A DNA stretch of 64,000 nt from NCBI RefSeq assembly GCF_000142905.1, contig NW_013657636.1:246992-310991 (forward strand), read 5' to 3'. Below are positions 34,392 through 46,000 of the stretch, in pieces (the stretch's first letter is position 1; every line of letters begins with the position of its first letter). The notes under the pieces were generated by a model. That model was not told the DNA's origin and ran no database searches. It saw only the letters and a list, made by a program, of their open reading frames with translations. The DNA is from Thecamonas trahens ATCC 50062. Its lineage: Eukaryota > Protista > Apusomonadida. The position numbers and the translations under genes are program-made.

Positions 34392-35723
34392 CTAGTGGGT
34401 CTGTGCCTTGACCAGCTCGCGGACGCCATGCACGCCACCGGATGGCGCGAGGAAGGTCCGTAGGCGGACGTTGAGTGCAGGGCCCTCGGAGGGGATGATG
34501 AACGCGTCGTGGCCAAAGACGGCATCGAGCGTCTCAAAGTGGACCGGGGTGCCAGCCGATCCCAGAGCAACCGCCACCCGCTCAAGCTCGGACGGCGGGA
34601 TGAGAAAGTCTGTGGCGTAGGCCAGGAGGAGAAACTGCTTGGAGGGCGGGATGTGGCCGAGGGCGGCGGCCATGGACCGAGCCCTGGCCCGCGGCCCCGA
34701 ACCCTCCTCGGCCACGCCCATCAGCGCCGGCAGCGACATCAGATCCATGCACTGCGAGAGTGCCAGGTAGCACTTTGGATCATACGCTTGAGCTACAAAC
34801 TTGTCGGCGTGATGGGAGAGGTAGTCCTCGACCTCGAAGACCGGCGGCTGCGAGGGATGTGCGGTAGCCGAGACTGGGCGCCAGGCAAAGCGCTCATCAA
34901 ACTCTGCCCGCGACCTGTAGCCGACCATACCCATCATCCTCACTGCCCGCATAGCTGCACTCACCGCGTTTGCCTCGCCCGAGGCTAGCGCCGCGCCAAG
35001 GACCGTCCGTTGGACCGACCGCAGCGCGACCGTGGCCGGCGAGGTCTCGCCGGTGGTGGCGAGGGCCACCGCCCTGCGGTAGGCCGAGGGGAAGAGGGCG
35101 GCGTAGGCCAGGACAAGCATGCCGCCCATAGATCCGCCCACAAGCGCATGCAGGCCCTGCGGCGCAAGGCCGAGCTCCGGCTCGGTGAGGAGGGCGTGGA
35201 CGGCCGCTGCCTGTCCGCCAGGCGTGATGACGGGGAACTCGGACGCCAGCAGCTCGCGGTCGGCACTCGCCTTGCTGGGCTGGGCCGCCGACGGCTCAGC
35301 GTCGGGAGGAGGCCAAGCGTTTGGAGCTGTCGAGCCAAAGGGTGAGCCGAGCGGAGCGGCCGAGATGACACGGAAGATCGAGGTGTCGATGCCGGCGGAC
35401 GGGCCTGGGTGGACGACATGCGACCACCAGCCCGATCCTGGCCACGGATGGGGGGCGTGTGCGGCGCATGGCTCAGGAGCGGAGGGGTGTGGCGGGGCCG
35501 ACATCGAAGGTGCAACATAGACCACCGGGGCACGAGGATCGGGGTTGCCGGTCACGGTGTACGTTATCTTGAGCGGCACGTCGCGGAGCTGCGGAGGGAG
35601 CGCCGGATGCGACGAGGCGACCGTCGCCGACGAAATGGTGACCGAGGTCGAAGCGGATGAAAGGCAGACGAGGGGATGCGGCTGGGTACGGAGGCGGGGT
35701 AAGCGGGCGAGCCACCGAATCAT
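34392..35723 (-). CDS. Homoserine/serine O-acyltransferase (MetX/Cys2 family)
   Basis: Motifs are GWW..V.PG...IDT..F.VI..LGS.FGST, FP.IT, GGSMGGM, YRS..EF.ERF, VE.YL.H...KF, D.LIP and GHDAF. The N-terminus is Arg-rich and acid-free, like a presequence. Confidence 0.9.
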   Translation of the reverse strand: MIRWLARLPRLRTQPHPLVCLSSASTSVTISSATVASSHPALPPQLRDVPLKITYTVTGNPDPRAPVVYVAPSMSAPPHPSAPEPCAAHAPHPWPGSGWWSHVVHPGPSAGIDTSIFRVISAAPLGSPFGSTAPNAWPPPDAEPSAAQPSKASADRELLASEFPVITPGGQAAAVHALLTEPELGLAPQGLHALVGGSMGGMLVLAYAALFPSAYRRAVALATTGETSPATVALRSVQRTVLGAALASGEANAVSAAMRAVRMMGMVGYRSRAEFDERFAWRPVSATAHPSQPPVFEVEDYLSHHADKFVAQAYDPKCYLALSQCMDLMSLPALMGVAEEGSGPRARARSMAAALGHIPPSKQFLLLAYATDFLIPPSELERVAVALGSAGTPVHFETLDAVFGHDAFIIPSEGPALNVRLRTFLAPSGGVHGVRELVKAQTH

Positions 35724-35806
35724 GATCAGCAGAGAAGTGGGAGTCAAGTGGTGGCGTGCAATGTGGAGCGGGGATTGTGTATTGTCCAGAGGTTTGCGGG
35801 GGGGAG

Positions 35807-38800
35807 CTACTCGCGCGGACTGCCGTAGTCGGTGAGGGCGACGTTGGCGGCAGCGGCGGCGGCGGTGGTGGGCGAGGCGAGGGGCGATGCCGGCGAGGTC
35901 GAGGTCGGCGAGTCGAGGCGAGTCGAGGCGGGATGGGGAGATGGCGGGGCAGCGGCCGAGGGCGGACGCGAGCTCGCGTCGTCGTCGATTGCCGAGTCGG
36001 CGGTGGAGACGACGGTGGCGCTCCGCGGGAGCGATTTGCGCGAGGGCGACTTACTTGACGACGAGCGAGCGCCGCCGGCGCGGAACTCGCGGACAGGCGA
36101 GGCGTATACCTTGGAGTCCTTCTCGATGTCGTCCATGGTGAGCAGGAGCTTGCCGTCCTCGTCAAAAAGATAGCGAGCTGGGTATGCGAGCTCGAGCTTG
36201 GCCGAGGCCTCGTCGAGGAGCTCCTTGATGGAGCCGCCGACGATGAGCCGGCCCGAGCCGCGGGTGAGGCCCTCGTTGCGGAAGACACAGACTCTTGTCT
36301 TGGCCTTGCGGACAAGGCGATGGTCGGACGGGAGGCGCACAATGGTGGAGCTCTTCTCTCGGAACGACTGCATGAGTGGGACAAAGGTCTCGCCGCACGA
36401 GACCCAAGCGACGGCCTCGGACTCGAGGTCGGCGAGCGCGACACACGAGGTCGGCGGGCCGACTCGGTCCATGACGGTAAAGTCGGGCGAGAGGAAGATG
36501 TCGACGTCCTTGACTCGCTCGACGGTCTTGACGGTGGCCTTGGGCCGGATGAGGCCCGATGTTTTTTCGCGGCGCCGCTTACCGTCCTTGCCCCTGCCCT
36601 TCTGGAGTCGCGCCGAGGCAGCGGCGGAGTTGGGCTCGCCGTCGGCACCGGGCTCGGACCCGGCGTCGGCAGGTGCTTTGTCTGGAGAGGCTGGACTGCG
36701 GCCGGCGAGGATCTCCTCAAGGTGTGCGGCGTCCGGGACCCGGGCCGGGCGCGCGGCGCCGGGAACAAGGCGGTCAACCACCTCGCGGCCGTCCTCGACA
36801 AACAGGCGCGAGGCGAGGCCGTGTAGAGTGATCTTGTGCTGGGTAGAGTACAGGATCTCCTCGACCTTTTCGCCAACAACCCGGACGCCTTCACGGAACA
36901 GCCGCTCGCCATTCTTGAGGACAACCAGCCGCCGCATGTGCTTGTGCTGCGCGAGGATGTGGTCGTCATCCATCCGCCGCACCGTCGACATGATGCCGCG
37001 ACGCTTCGGGTCGCGGTACGGCTCGCCCTGAGAGACCCAGATGTGTGAGCCGAGCGGGACGTCATCGAAAAGCACAAAACGAACCTCGTCGTCGGACGTG
37101 TCGGAAGCGGAGCCAGACTCGTGCCCTGGTCTGTTGCCGGCGTCTGCTTTGTCTGCGTCGTCAGCGCCGCATGATCGCGAGCTGCTCGGCGGCGACGGTG
37201 TGCCTGATGATGCGTCGTCGACGCGAGGGACGTTGGCGGCGTGAGACTGCGACTGGGACTGCGACAGTGATTGCGACTTGGACTTGGACTTGGACTTGGC
37301 CTTGGATTTGCCCTTGCCCTTGGACTTGGACTTGGACTTGGCCTTGCCCTTGCCCTTGCCCTTGCCCTTGCCCTTGCCCTTGGACTTGGACTTGGACTTG
37401 GACTTTGATTTGGACTTTGAGATCTTTGCAGCATTGGCGTCATCGATGGCGTTGTCGGCCCCGTCGGCCTCGACCGCCCCGTCGGCCTCTTCCTACGTAC
37501 TCGGGGGAGTCCGCACTGGCGCTGCTAGTATCGCTTAGTTCCTCTTGCTGCTCGGCGGCGACACCGAGCGACGAGCGTGCAGCGCGGCGGTCCCAGCGAC
37601 GACGGACAACCTCGCGCTTGTCCTTGGGCAGCGCCTCGAGCGAGGGGATGATCTCGACGCCGCCGGCGAGAAAGATGCGCTTGCCGGGAGTTGCCAGCTC
37701 GAGCTTGAGCGTAGCGAGCTCGATGACTTCGTCAAAGTCGGCGCCGACGACGCGGACTTCGGTGCCGCGGCCGATGGCAAAGCCGTTCTGGTGGGCGTAA
37801 AAGTGGCGCTTGGGTTTGCGCAGCAAGCGGTGATCGCTGGCGATGGGGCGCACAGCCGGCTTGATGGGCTCGGGGTCGCGGAAGTCATGGAACGGCCCGC
37901 CGGACGTCGCCCACACATGCTCGTTCTTGAGGAGCGACGAGAGAACCACCTTGGTGGCCGACGCAATGGCCTTGGCCTCGTCAGAGCTGTCGACAAAATA
38001 CTGGCCAGCCTCGGGCTTTTCGCGAACAGGCATGCACTCCATGGGCGGCGCCGAGGGCGAACCGGGCGGCGGGGCGCGGCGGCGCTTGGTGGGCGATGCT
38101 GAGCGGCGGCGTGATGGGGTAGGAGCACGGCCCTCATGCGGGACCGGGTTGACGGCAACTAGCTCCGGCGAGGGAACGAGCGCAGCCGGCTCGGCTGCGG
38201 CAGCCTCGTCGTCGAGTGAGTCAACGACCTCACGGCCGTCGGCAATGAACAGCCGCTTGGCGCGCGGGGCCATGTCAAGCTTGACCGTCGCTTGGGCGAG
38301 GATATCGGCCACAGAACGGCCGGCAAGGTGTGCACCGAGGTGGTGGATGCCGTTGCGGAAGACAACAACCCGGGCCGACGACTCGGGAATGAGCCGCTCG
38401 CTGACCTTGACGGCCGGCGTGGCGCGGATACCGGTCTCGTCGGGACTCCGCCACGCCTCGCCCATCGAGCAGAAGACCAGCTCGTCAGTGGCCAGGCTCC
38501 GGACGTCGGCCACAGCCTCGCCCTTGGCGTTGAAAATCTTGAACGCGGCCCGCTCCATCTCGAGCTTCACCGTCGCCTCGCGGAGAAGCTCGTCAAGCGA
38601 AGTGACTGCAAGCGCCACCACTTTGCTCAGCGAGCCATTGCGCGCAACCTGGACCCGGATGGCCTTGTCGGGCAGGCGGGCCAAGATGGACGACTTGGCC
38701 GAGCGCAACGGCGGGGTTGCGGGCGATGCTGCCGTGACCGCACCATCGGCTGATTCGTCCTTGCCCTTACCCTTGGCCTTGGCCTTTTTCTTCTCCTTCT

Positions 38801-39100
38801 TCTTCTTCTCCTTCTTCTTGCTCTTCTTGCCCTTCTTCCCGTCGTCATCAGCGCCGCCGGTCGAGCTCGTCGACGTGCTTGGAGTCACGGTCTCTACAGG
38901 CTGTGCTTGCCTTGCCTTTGTCGGCGATGCCAAGCCACCGCCAGCGCCGCCACCACCAGAAGCGCTTTGAGAGGAAGGAGCAGGCGATCCGCCACGCTTG
39001 GTGCTCCGTCTCGGCGGTGGAAGGACCTTGCGGGCGACTTCGTAGCGGACCTTGGAGTCGTGTTGGCAGAGCTGACGACATGGTGCCAGGCTGGTACACT
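35807..39100 (-). CDS. Multi-doublecortin (DCX)-like domain protein (DCDC1-like); start uncertain, +1 break at ~37495
   Basis: A unit of the form (R)V.V.RNG....S..ELL.EA..KL.L...A.(R/K)LF..DG....VW.S.GE recurs about five times across ORFs 37440-39308 and 35807-37075, separated by a Ser/Gly-Lys dipeptide tract. Confidence 0.75.
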
Positions 39101-39516
39101 CTCGTAGCTCGGTCAGCCGCAAAGGGGGGGGGGGGGGGGGGGGCAGGCAGTAGTGGGTAGTGGTGGGTGGTGGTGGGGTAGTGGTGGTGGGTGGGGCTTG
39201 GCGGGAGGAGTGCTTGGCCTGGTGCTTGGCTGATACGTTTGCTGCTGTTCTCACTGTCGCTGGGAAGGTCCTGGGGCGAGGGCGGCGAGTAACTGCCGCC
39301 CGAGCCAACCGACGAACCGGGGGGGATGTCCCGGTGGAGGTGGATTTGTTGGGGGGGTGGGGGGGGGCTAATTTTTTTTATCGGAATATAACTCCCTAAT
39401 GTCCCCCGGCTGTCAGCTGTGTGGGGGGAGTCGCTCGAGGTCGTGGCGCAGCATATACTGTCCTGGCCGTGTCGAGTGGGTCAAACAATCGACAAGGCAA
39501 GATGGGTAGATGTGCG

Positions 39517-42051
39517 CTACATGTGGATGGTGGTGGACTGAGCGCGGCGGCGTGACGACGACGGCGGTGGGCCGGGGGCGAGCGAGGCAGCGCGTTGCGG
39601 CGCACTGGGCTTGCGCTTGCCGTGAAGGACGCGTTGGAGATCGCGCTCGGCCTTTTTGCGAAGCATGCCGCGGGTCAGGACCTGGTCAGAGGCGTCAAGT
39701 GCGGCAGCGTCGGGCAGGTTGTCGTCGTCGTCTGCACGCGAGCTGGAGCGTGAGCGCGAGGCGACCGAGTCTGAGCGATCCGAGGCGTCTGGTTTGGTGA
39801 GCGGCTCGGATGCACTTGAAAGTTGGACGGCCGGGGAGTCGGCTGCGGCGACGGCGCGGCGGCGGGCGGCGGCCTTTGCGCGGTCGTTTTTTCGAGCGCG
39901 GCGGAGGGCGGTGGCGAGCGAGGCCGACGGTGACTTGCCCTTGCCTTTGGTTAAGGCAGCAAAGGTGTCGGGCGAGGCGGTGATGGCACGGGAGGAGGAC
40001 GATGGATGGGCAAAGGCAACCGAGGGCGTGCGGCCCGGGACACGCATCGAGTGCATGTTGCGCTGGGACGGCGAGCGGCGCATTTTCTTGCGAAGCTCGA
40101 GCGACGAAGGCGTCGATTCGAGGATGGCGCGGCGAGCGGCGGCGGCCTGCGACGCAGCGTCGTCAGGCGTGGCGGCTGGCGGAGACAGAGTAGAGTCGTC
40201 GGGTGGCGGCGAGGACGAGCCTTCCACCGGCGACGACGGCGGCGAGGTGACCGCGATGGGGACCGGCTCTGCAGTGGTGGGTGAGGACGAGGGCGAGGTG
40301 GAGGCAGCAGCAGCAGCGGCGGCAGCAGCAGCCGAGGCGGCGTGGAGGCCCTGTTCGAGGTTGTCGTCATCGTAGTCGTCGTCGTCATCATCGAGGTGAT
40401 GGTGGAGGATGCGCTCTGCGTTCTCCCAAAACTCGTCACGCGTGGCGTGGGAGGAGGCGTCAAACCAGGCACGAGCAGCCTCTGAGATGACGTTGTTCTG
40501 CGCGCCGAGAGTGACGGTCTCGCCGAGGGCGGTCTGGATGACAGTGGGAGCGCGGCGGTTGAGCAGGTTTGTGAGGCGCTCGTCGAGGAGGCCGACAAAC
40601 ATCATAATGTTCGCCTCTGTGATGTCGTCCTTGGACGAGGCGATCGAGTCGTCGATGGCGTTGGCAGACTTGCACATGGAGAAGAGCGCGGCTCGGAGCG
40701 AGAGGAAGAGCTTGCGGTAGGACGAGGCCTGTGCGGCGAGCGAGGACTTTTCCGACTCGAGAATGTGGACCTTGTTCTCGATGCGGGAGATTTTCTTGAG
40801 CGAGGACGAGTCGTAAGCCGACGAGTGACGTTCGAGCTGGCGCTGGAGCTGGGTGTTGGCCTCCTTGGCAGCGGCCAGGTCCTGCTGGGCGGTGTGGAGG
40901 CGGGAGACAAGGTCCTTGTTGGAGTCGTCGACGTTGACAAACTGGGCGAGGGCAAGATCGAGGTTCTGCTCGCCGGTCACCTCTTGAATGCGCTGGAGAG
41001 CGAGCTCGAGGGTGGAGAGCTCGCCGTCGCCGTCGGTCGGGCCACCGGTGCCGCCGCGGACATCCTTAGTCATCCAGCGCGAGAGGACGATGGCAGTCTC
41101 GACCGAGGTCGACGGGCGCTGCGAGGAGAGGAGCGAGCCGCGGTTCATCTCGCGCTCGAGGTTTCGCGAGTAGATGATCTCCTTGATCTGGTTGTCGTTG
41201 ACAAGAGTGGCCTTCATGCGGCCGAGCTCTGTCCGCCACGCCTTCTTCTCCTGCTCGACGTCTGCACGGAGAGTCGCCATCTCGGCCTCCTTAAAGGCGA
41301 GGGCGTTCCGCGCAGACATGAGCTGGAGAAGCACGTCCTCGCGCTCGGCAAGCGCTTTGTTGAGCTTGTCCTCAAGCTTGGAGTAGCGTGCGGTGAAGAT
41401 GCGGCGCTCACGGAGGAACTCGCCGCGCTCGAGCTTGAGCTGCTTGGCGAGCGCGTCGCGGTCGTTGGCCTTGACATTGGCAAACTCGACCTGGAACTTC
41501 AACGACGAGATGAGCTTGCGCATCGACTCGATGCTCCGTGCGTGGCGAGTTGTCGGCTTGTGCTTCTTGCCCAGATGGCTCAAGTCGACGGTGCCGAGTT
41601 GCGACGTGGTGGCGTCGTCACCAGCATCCGATCCACCCAGCGTGGAGGCCTGATCCGTAGCATGAGAGGTGCGCCGAACAGACCTGCCTGAGGAAGGACG
41701 ATCAGCAGCACCCGCTCGACGAGGAGTACCGCGTGCGCCGGCGCGGGCGTCGTGGTTGTCTGGAGAGCGGGTGAGGCCGAGAGCAGCTTCATCCTCCCTC
41801 CTCAACCTTCGTTCTCTATCCAGCAACAAATTCAGCTCCTCAATGGTTGCCCGAGCCTTTTTCGCTTCATGCATGGCAGTATCAGCCTCCCTCCTCCTCA
41901 GCACCACCTCGTCTTGCAGTCGGGCAATACGCGCATTGGCCTTGACCAACTCGGCCAGAGCAGGCGCTTCAGCAGGGCGGACTGTTCCAGAGCCAATGAG
42001 TGAAAACGCTCTCTTGGCAAGTGGGGAAGATGGGACATGTGGACGGGACAT
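39517..42051 (-). CDS. Coiled-coil protein resembling outer dynein arm docking complex subunits (ODAD1/CCDC114/CCDC63-like)
   Basis: ALQRIQEVTGEQNLDLALAQFVNVDDSN and ITEANIMMFVGLLDERLTNLL resemble the family's C-terminal motifs. Confidence 0.65.
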   Translation of the reverse strand: MSRPHVPSSPLAKRAFSLIGSGTVRPAEAPALAELVKANARIARLQDEVVLRRREADTAMHEAKKARATIEELNLLLDRERRLRREDEAALGLTRSPDNHDARAGARGTPRRAGAADRPSSGRSVRRTSHATDQASTLGGSDAGDDATTSQLGTVDLSHLGKKHKPTTRHARSIESMRKLISSLKFQVEFANVKANDRDALAKQLKLERGEFLRERRIFTARYSKLEDKLNKALAEREDVLLQLMSARNALAFKEAEMATLRADVEQEKKAWRTELGRMKATLVNDNQIKEIIYSRNLEREMNRGSLLSSQRPSTSVETAIVLSRWMTKDVRGGTGGPTDGDGELSTLELALQRIQEVTGEQNLDLALAQFVNVDDSNKDLVSRLHTAQQDLAAAKEANTQLQRQLERHSSAYDSSSLKKISRIENKVHILESEKSSLAAQASSYRKLFLSLRAALFSMCKSANAIDDSIASSKDDITEANIMMFVGLLDERLTNLLNRRAPTVIQTALGETVTLGAQNNVISEAARAWFDASSHATRDEFWENAERILHHHLDDDDDDYDDDNLEQGLHAASAAAAAAAAAASTSPSSSPTTAEPVPIAVTSPPSSPVEGSSSPPPDDSTLSPPAATPDDAASQAAAARRAILESTPSSLELRKKMRRSPSQRNMHSMRVPGRTPSVAFAHPSSSSRAITASPDTFAALTKGKGKSPSASLATALRRARKNDRAKAAARRRAVAAADSPAVQLSSASEPLTKPDASDRSDSVASRSRSSSRADDDDNLPDAAALDASDQVLTRGMLRKKAERDLQRVLHGKRKPSAPQRAASLAPGPPPSSSRRRAQSTTIHM

Positions 42052-42194
42052 GGTGGGGGTGGGGTGAGGGGGGTGAGGGGGGTGGGTGGGTGAGGTGTGG
42101 CGGTGGGTGGCGGGTGATCGTGATCGTGTGGCAACGGACAGGGGGGGGTGGTTGGGGGGGGGGGGGGGGGAGAGGGGCGAGGGGGGGGGCAGGA

Positions 42195-42790
42195 NNNNNN
42201 NNNNNNNNNNNNNNNNNNNNNNNNNNNNNNNNNNNNNNNNNNNNNNNNNNNNNNNNNNNNNNNNNNNNNNNNNNNNNNNNNNNNNNNNNNNNNNNNNNNN
42301 NNNNNNNNNNNNNNNNNNNNNNNNNNNNNNNNNNNNNNNNNNNNNNNNNNNNNNNNNNNNNNNNNNNNNNNNNNNNNNNNNNNNNNNNNNNNNNNNNNNN
42401 NNNNNNNNNNNNNNNNNNNNNNNNNNNNNNNNNNNNNNNNNNNNNNNNNNNNNNNNNNNNNNNNNNNNNNNNNNNNNNNNNNNNNNNNNNNNNNNNNNNN
42501 NNNNNNNNNNNNNNNNNNNNNNNNNNNNNNNNNNNNNNNNNNNNNNNNNNNNNNNNNNNNNNNNNNNNNNNNNNNNNNNNNNNNNNNNNNNNNNNNNNNN
42601 NNNNNNNNNNNNNNNNNNNNNNNNNNNNNNNNNNNNNNNNNNNNNNNNNNNNNNNNNNNNNNNNNNNNNNNNNNNNNNNNNNNNNNNNNNNNNNNNNNNN
42701 NNNNNNNNNNNNNNNNNNNNNNNNNNNNNNNNNNNNNNNNNNNNNNNNNNNNNNNNNNNNNNNNNNNNNNNNNNNNNNNNNNNNNNNNNN
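42195..42790. other. Assembly gap
   Basis: Ns in the sequence. Confidence 0.99.
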
Positions 42791-43052
42791 AGGGGGAGGG
42801 GCAGGGTTAGGGGCAGGGGGAGGGATACAGGTACCACTGCACTTGGGTTGAGGTCTGGTGTGTGTGGGAGAGTTGGGGATACGGGTAGGTGCTGGGTGTG
42901 TGTGTGTGTGTGGGGCGGGGGGGGGGGGGGGGGGGGGCTGTGTGTGTCTGTGTGTGTGGTAAGGGGGGGGACTGAACGGTGGGTATGGGCGAACAGACGT
43001 GGTTCGGTGAGGCTCGAGCCCGACATCGATTGCTGCTGGACAAGTTGTGGTG

Positions 43053-46000
43053 ATGTCGTTTCTGGCAGAAGTGACACGGGCGGTGGATCAACAAGCTGAG
43101 CTGCTGCAACTGCTGCATGAGCTCGAGGCTGCGGACAGGGCGAATCGGCTGCTGACCGATGATCTGGAGCTGGCCAAGGCGACGACAAAGACGGCTGTAG
43201 CGAGCTCGACAAAGGTAGGCCACTCGCTGACGGCGCTGCGATCGCTGCATGAGAAGAGCATGGCCAAGGCAAGGGGCGAGATTGCCGAGCTGAGCGAGAA
43301 GCTGGCGGCAGCAGAGAGCGTGCTGCACGACTATGAGGAAAAGACAGCGACGGCGGTGGCGCGGGCAGACGCCGCGAGTGCCCGCGCCGATGCTGCCGAG
43401 GCTCGCGCGGCCGAGGAGGCCAAGCGAGCGCGGACGCTGGCGCGCAAGCTGGAGGACGACGCAGCGGCTCGGCGGGTCGAGGCGCGCAGGGACGCCGCAG
43501 CCGAGTTTGAGCTCCTCAAGGAAGAGCTGCTTATCGAGCTTGGGCTGGCGACCCGCAAGAAGGAGGCAGAGATCGACCAGGTGCGGACCAAGCTTCATGC
43601 CAGGCTCCGCCGGCGCGAGCAAGAGAAGAGTGTGTCGGGTGAGCTCGACTACGGCAACAAGAAGCTGCAGCAGCGGGTGAAGGAGCTGAAGACTCGACTG
43701 GCTGCAGCAGTGTCAGCTCGAAACGAGCTCCAGACAACCAAGGTACAGCTGCAGGCACAGCTTGCGGAGCTCCAGGCCAAGTACAACGCTAACGTCTCCA
43801 AGTGGAAGTCGCGGTACGCCTCGGTCGCCCGGTCGGCCAAGGAATTGCACTCGTCCTCGACGCTGCGCGGGGAGCAGGCACAAATGCTCTCGTCGCAGCT
43901 GGCAGCAGTCAAAGTTGAGCTGAAGGCGGCGCACAAGGACCGCATCGTCCTCGAGTCACAGCTCTCGCAGGCCATGGCGGACAAGACGGTGGCGATGGCC
44001 AAGGCGGAGGAGCTCGCTGCCGAGGCCGCGCGGGCACAGTCGACGGCGCGGACGACGACCGAGACCGCATCGCGGCTGGAGGTCAAGCTCAAGCAAGTGT
44101 CCAACATGCGCAAGTCTGTGGCGATGTCCGCTATGGAGGACAAAGTCAAGCTCCAGGCCCAGGTCGACAACCTCAAGGTGAGCCTCGACGACACGTCAGC
44201 GCAGCTCGCTGAGGCCAAAGCTGCGCTCGCCGCCAAGGATGCGGCGCTCAAGCAGGCGCAGACGTCCAAGGAGACAACGTCGTCGATCAAGGACGCGCTG
44301 GCGGACGACCTCGCCAAGGCGCGGGAAGAGCTCGTCGAGGCACAAGCCCAGGTGGCGGCGCTCTCATCGGCCAAGTACTCGCTCGAGACGCAGCTCAACG
44401 AGGCCGTCTCGCGGCTTGAGACCGAACTCTCGGTGGCAGAACATAACGCCGAGACAGCGGCGATGGCCACGGCCGAGCTCCGCGAGCGGCTGCGGGCGGT
44501 CGAGGCCGAAGCTGAGGCTGCTCGCGCCGCGCAGCGCGAGGCCGAGGACGCGTTGACCGAGGCGCACTCGTCGGCGCGGGTGACCGGTGACACGCTCACC
44601 GAGGTCAAGGCCGACCTCGAGGACCAGTTGAGCGGAACACGGCTGGCCCTGGCGACGGCCAACGACGAGGTGGCGCGGCTGGAGCGCGAGGTGGCGCAGC
44701 TGCGGCTCGACACCGCCGCCGCCGACGCCGACGCGCGCAAACAGGTCACCGACCTCGCGCTGCAGCTGAAGGATACCAGGCTCAAGAGTCAGCACAGGGT
44801 CTCTGTGCTGGAACAGGACCTCGCCAAGGCCAAGGCTGAGCTCTCAATGGCGATGGACAACTCCAACTCGAAGCTCGAGCTCGAAAAGGCGGCGCGGACC
44901 AAGCTCGAGGCCCAGTACCGGGCACTGAAGAAAGAGCGGGCGTCACTGGTCCACGAACTCGACGAGCAGGCGAGCTCGGTCATCCAGAGCCAGGCCAAGG
45001 TCGAGGCGCTCACTGAGGCTCTGAGCGGGAAAAAGGCAGCGCTGGTCAGCGTCAAGCGCGAGCTGCGCGAGGCACGGGCCGAGGCAGCCGCTGCCAGCCG
45101 CGCAGCCGAGCGTGCCGACGAGCGAGCAGCTAAGCTCACCAGGCAGATTGAGGAGCTCAACGAGCGACTGGCCGAAATGCAGGCGTCGCGGCGCGATCTG
45201 ATGGCGTCTGCAGCGAGCCTGCCGGCGAGCGGGCTCTCTGCCGCGTCGCTCGCGTCCGAGGCCACCGGAATTGGAAGTACGGGCGACGGGAGCGACGGAG
45301 CGCGGGTGGCGCAGCTCGAGTCGGCGCTGGCAGCAGCCGAGGAGCAAGCGGCGTCGGCGCGCGAGCGGGCACGGATGCTGGAAAGCCAGAACATGGAGCT
45401 CTCTCATGCCAACCTGGAGCTGTCGGAGGAAGCCGACGCGGCGAGCGGGCGGGTGACCGAGCTGGTAGCGGCCAAGGCGCAGCTTGCGGCACAGCTGCAG
45501 TCGGCACAGGGCCGGATCCGGGCGCTGTCGGACGCCGGCGACGGCGACGGCGACGAGGCGACCGAGGCTGCGGAGCGGGGGCAGGTGGTTGCGCTCTCGG
45601 CGCGGATCTCGCAGCTCGAGCTCAACCTCAACGCGGCGTCGTCGGCCAAGGCGCGGGCCGAGTCCAAGGCCAACGAGCTGGTGCGGGCGAACCTCGAGGC
45701 GTCACTGGCCATCAAGACCGCCGAGGCTGCGCGAGCGGCAGCAGAGAACGCGGCGGCGTCGGCGCAAAAGGCACGGGCACAACTGCGGCAGGAGCTCGAG
45801 GTGGCGCATGCGGCGCGGGCGTCGACCCAGGCGTCGCTCGAGGAGGCGCGGGCCGATGCCGACAGTGCACGGTCGGAGGCGGCCGAGGCAGTCGCCGAGC
45901 GCGACGGTGTGCGGCGGGCGCTGGCCAAGGCCGAGGCGGAGCTCGAGACGCTGCGCCGTCGGAGCGCCGACGCGCGCGAGCAGGCTGACGCGCTGCAGGC

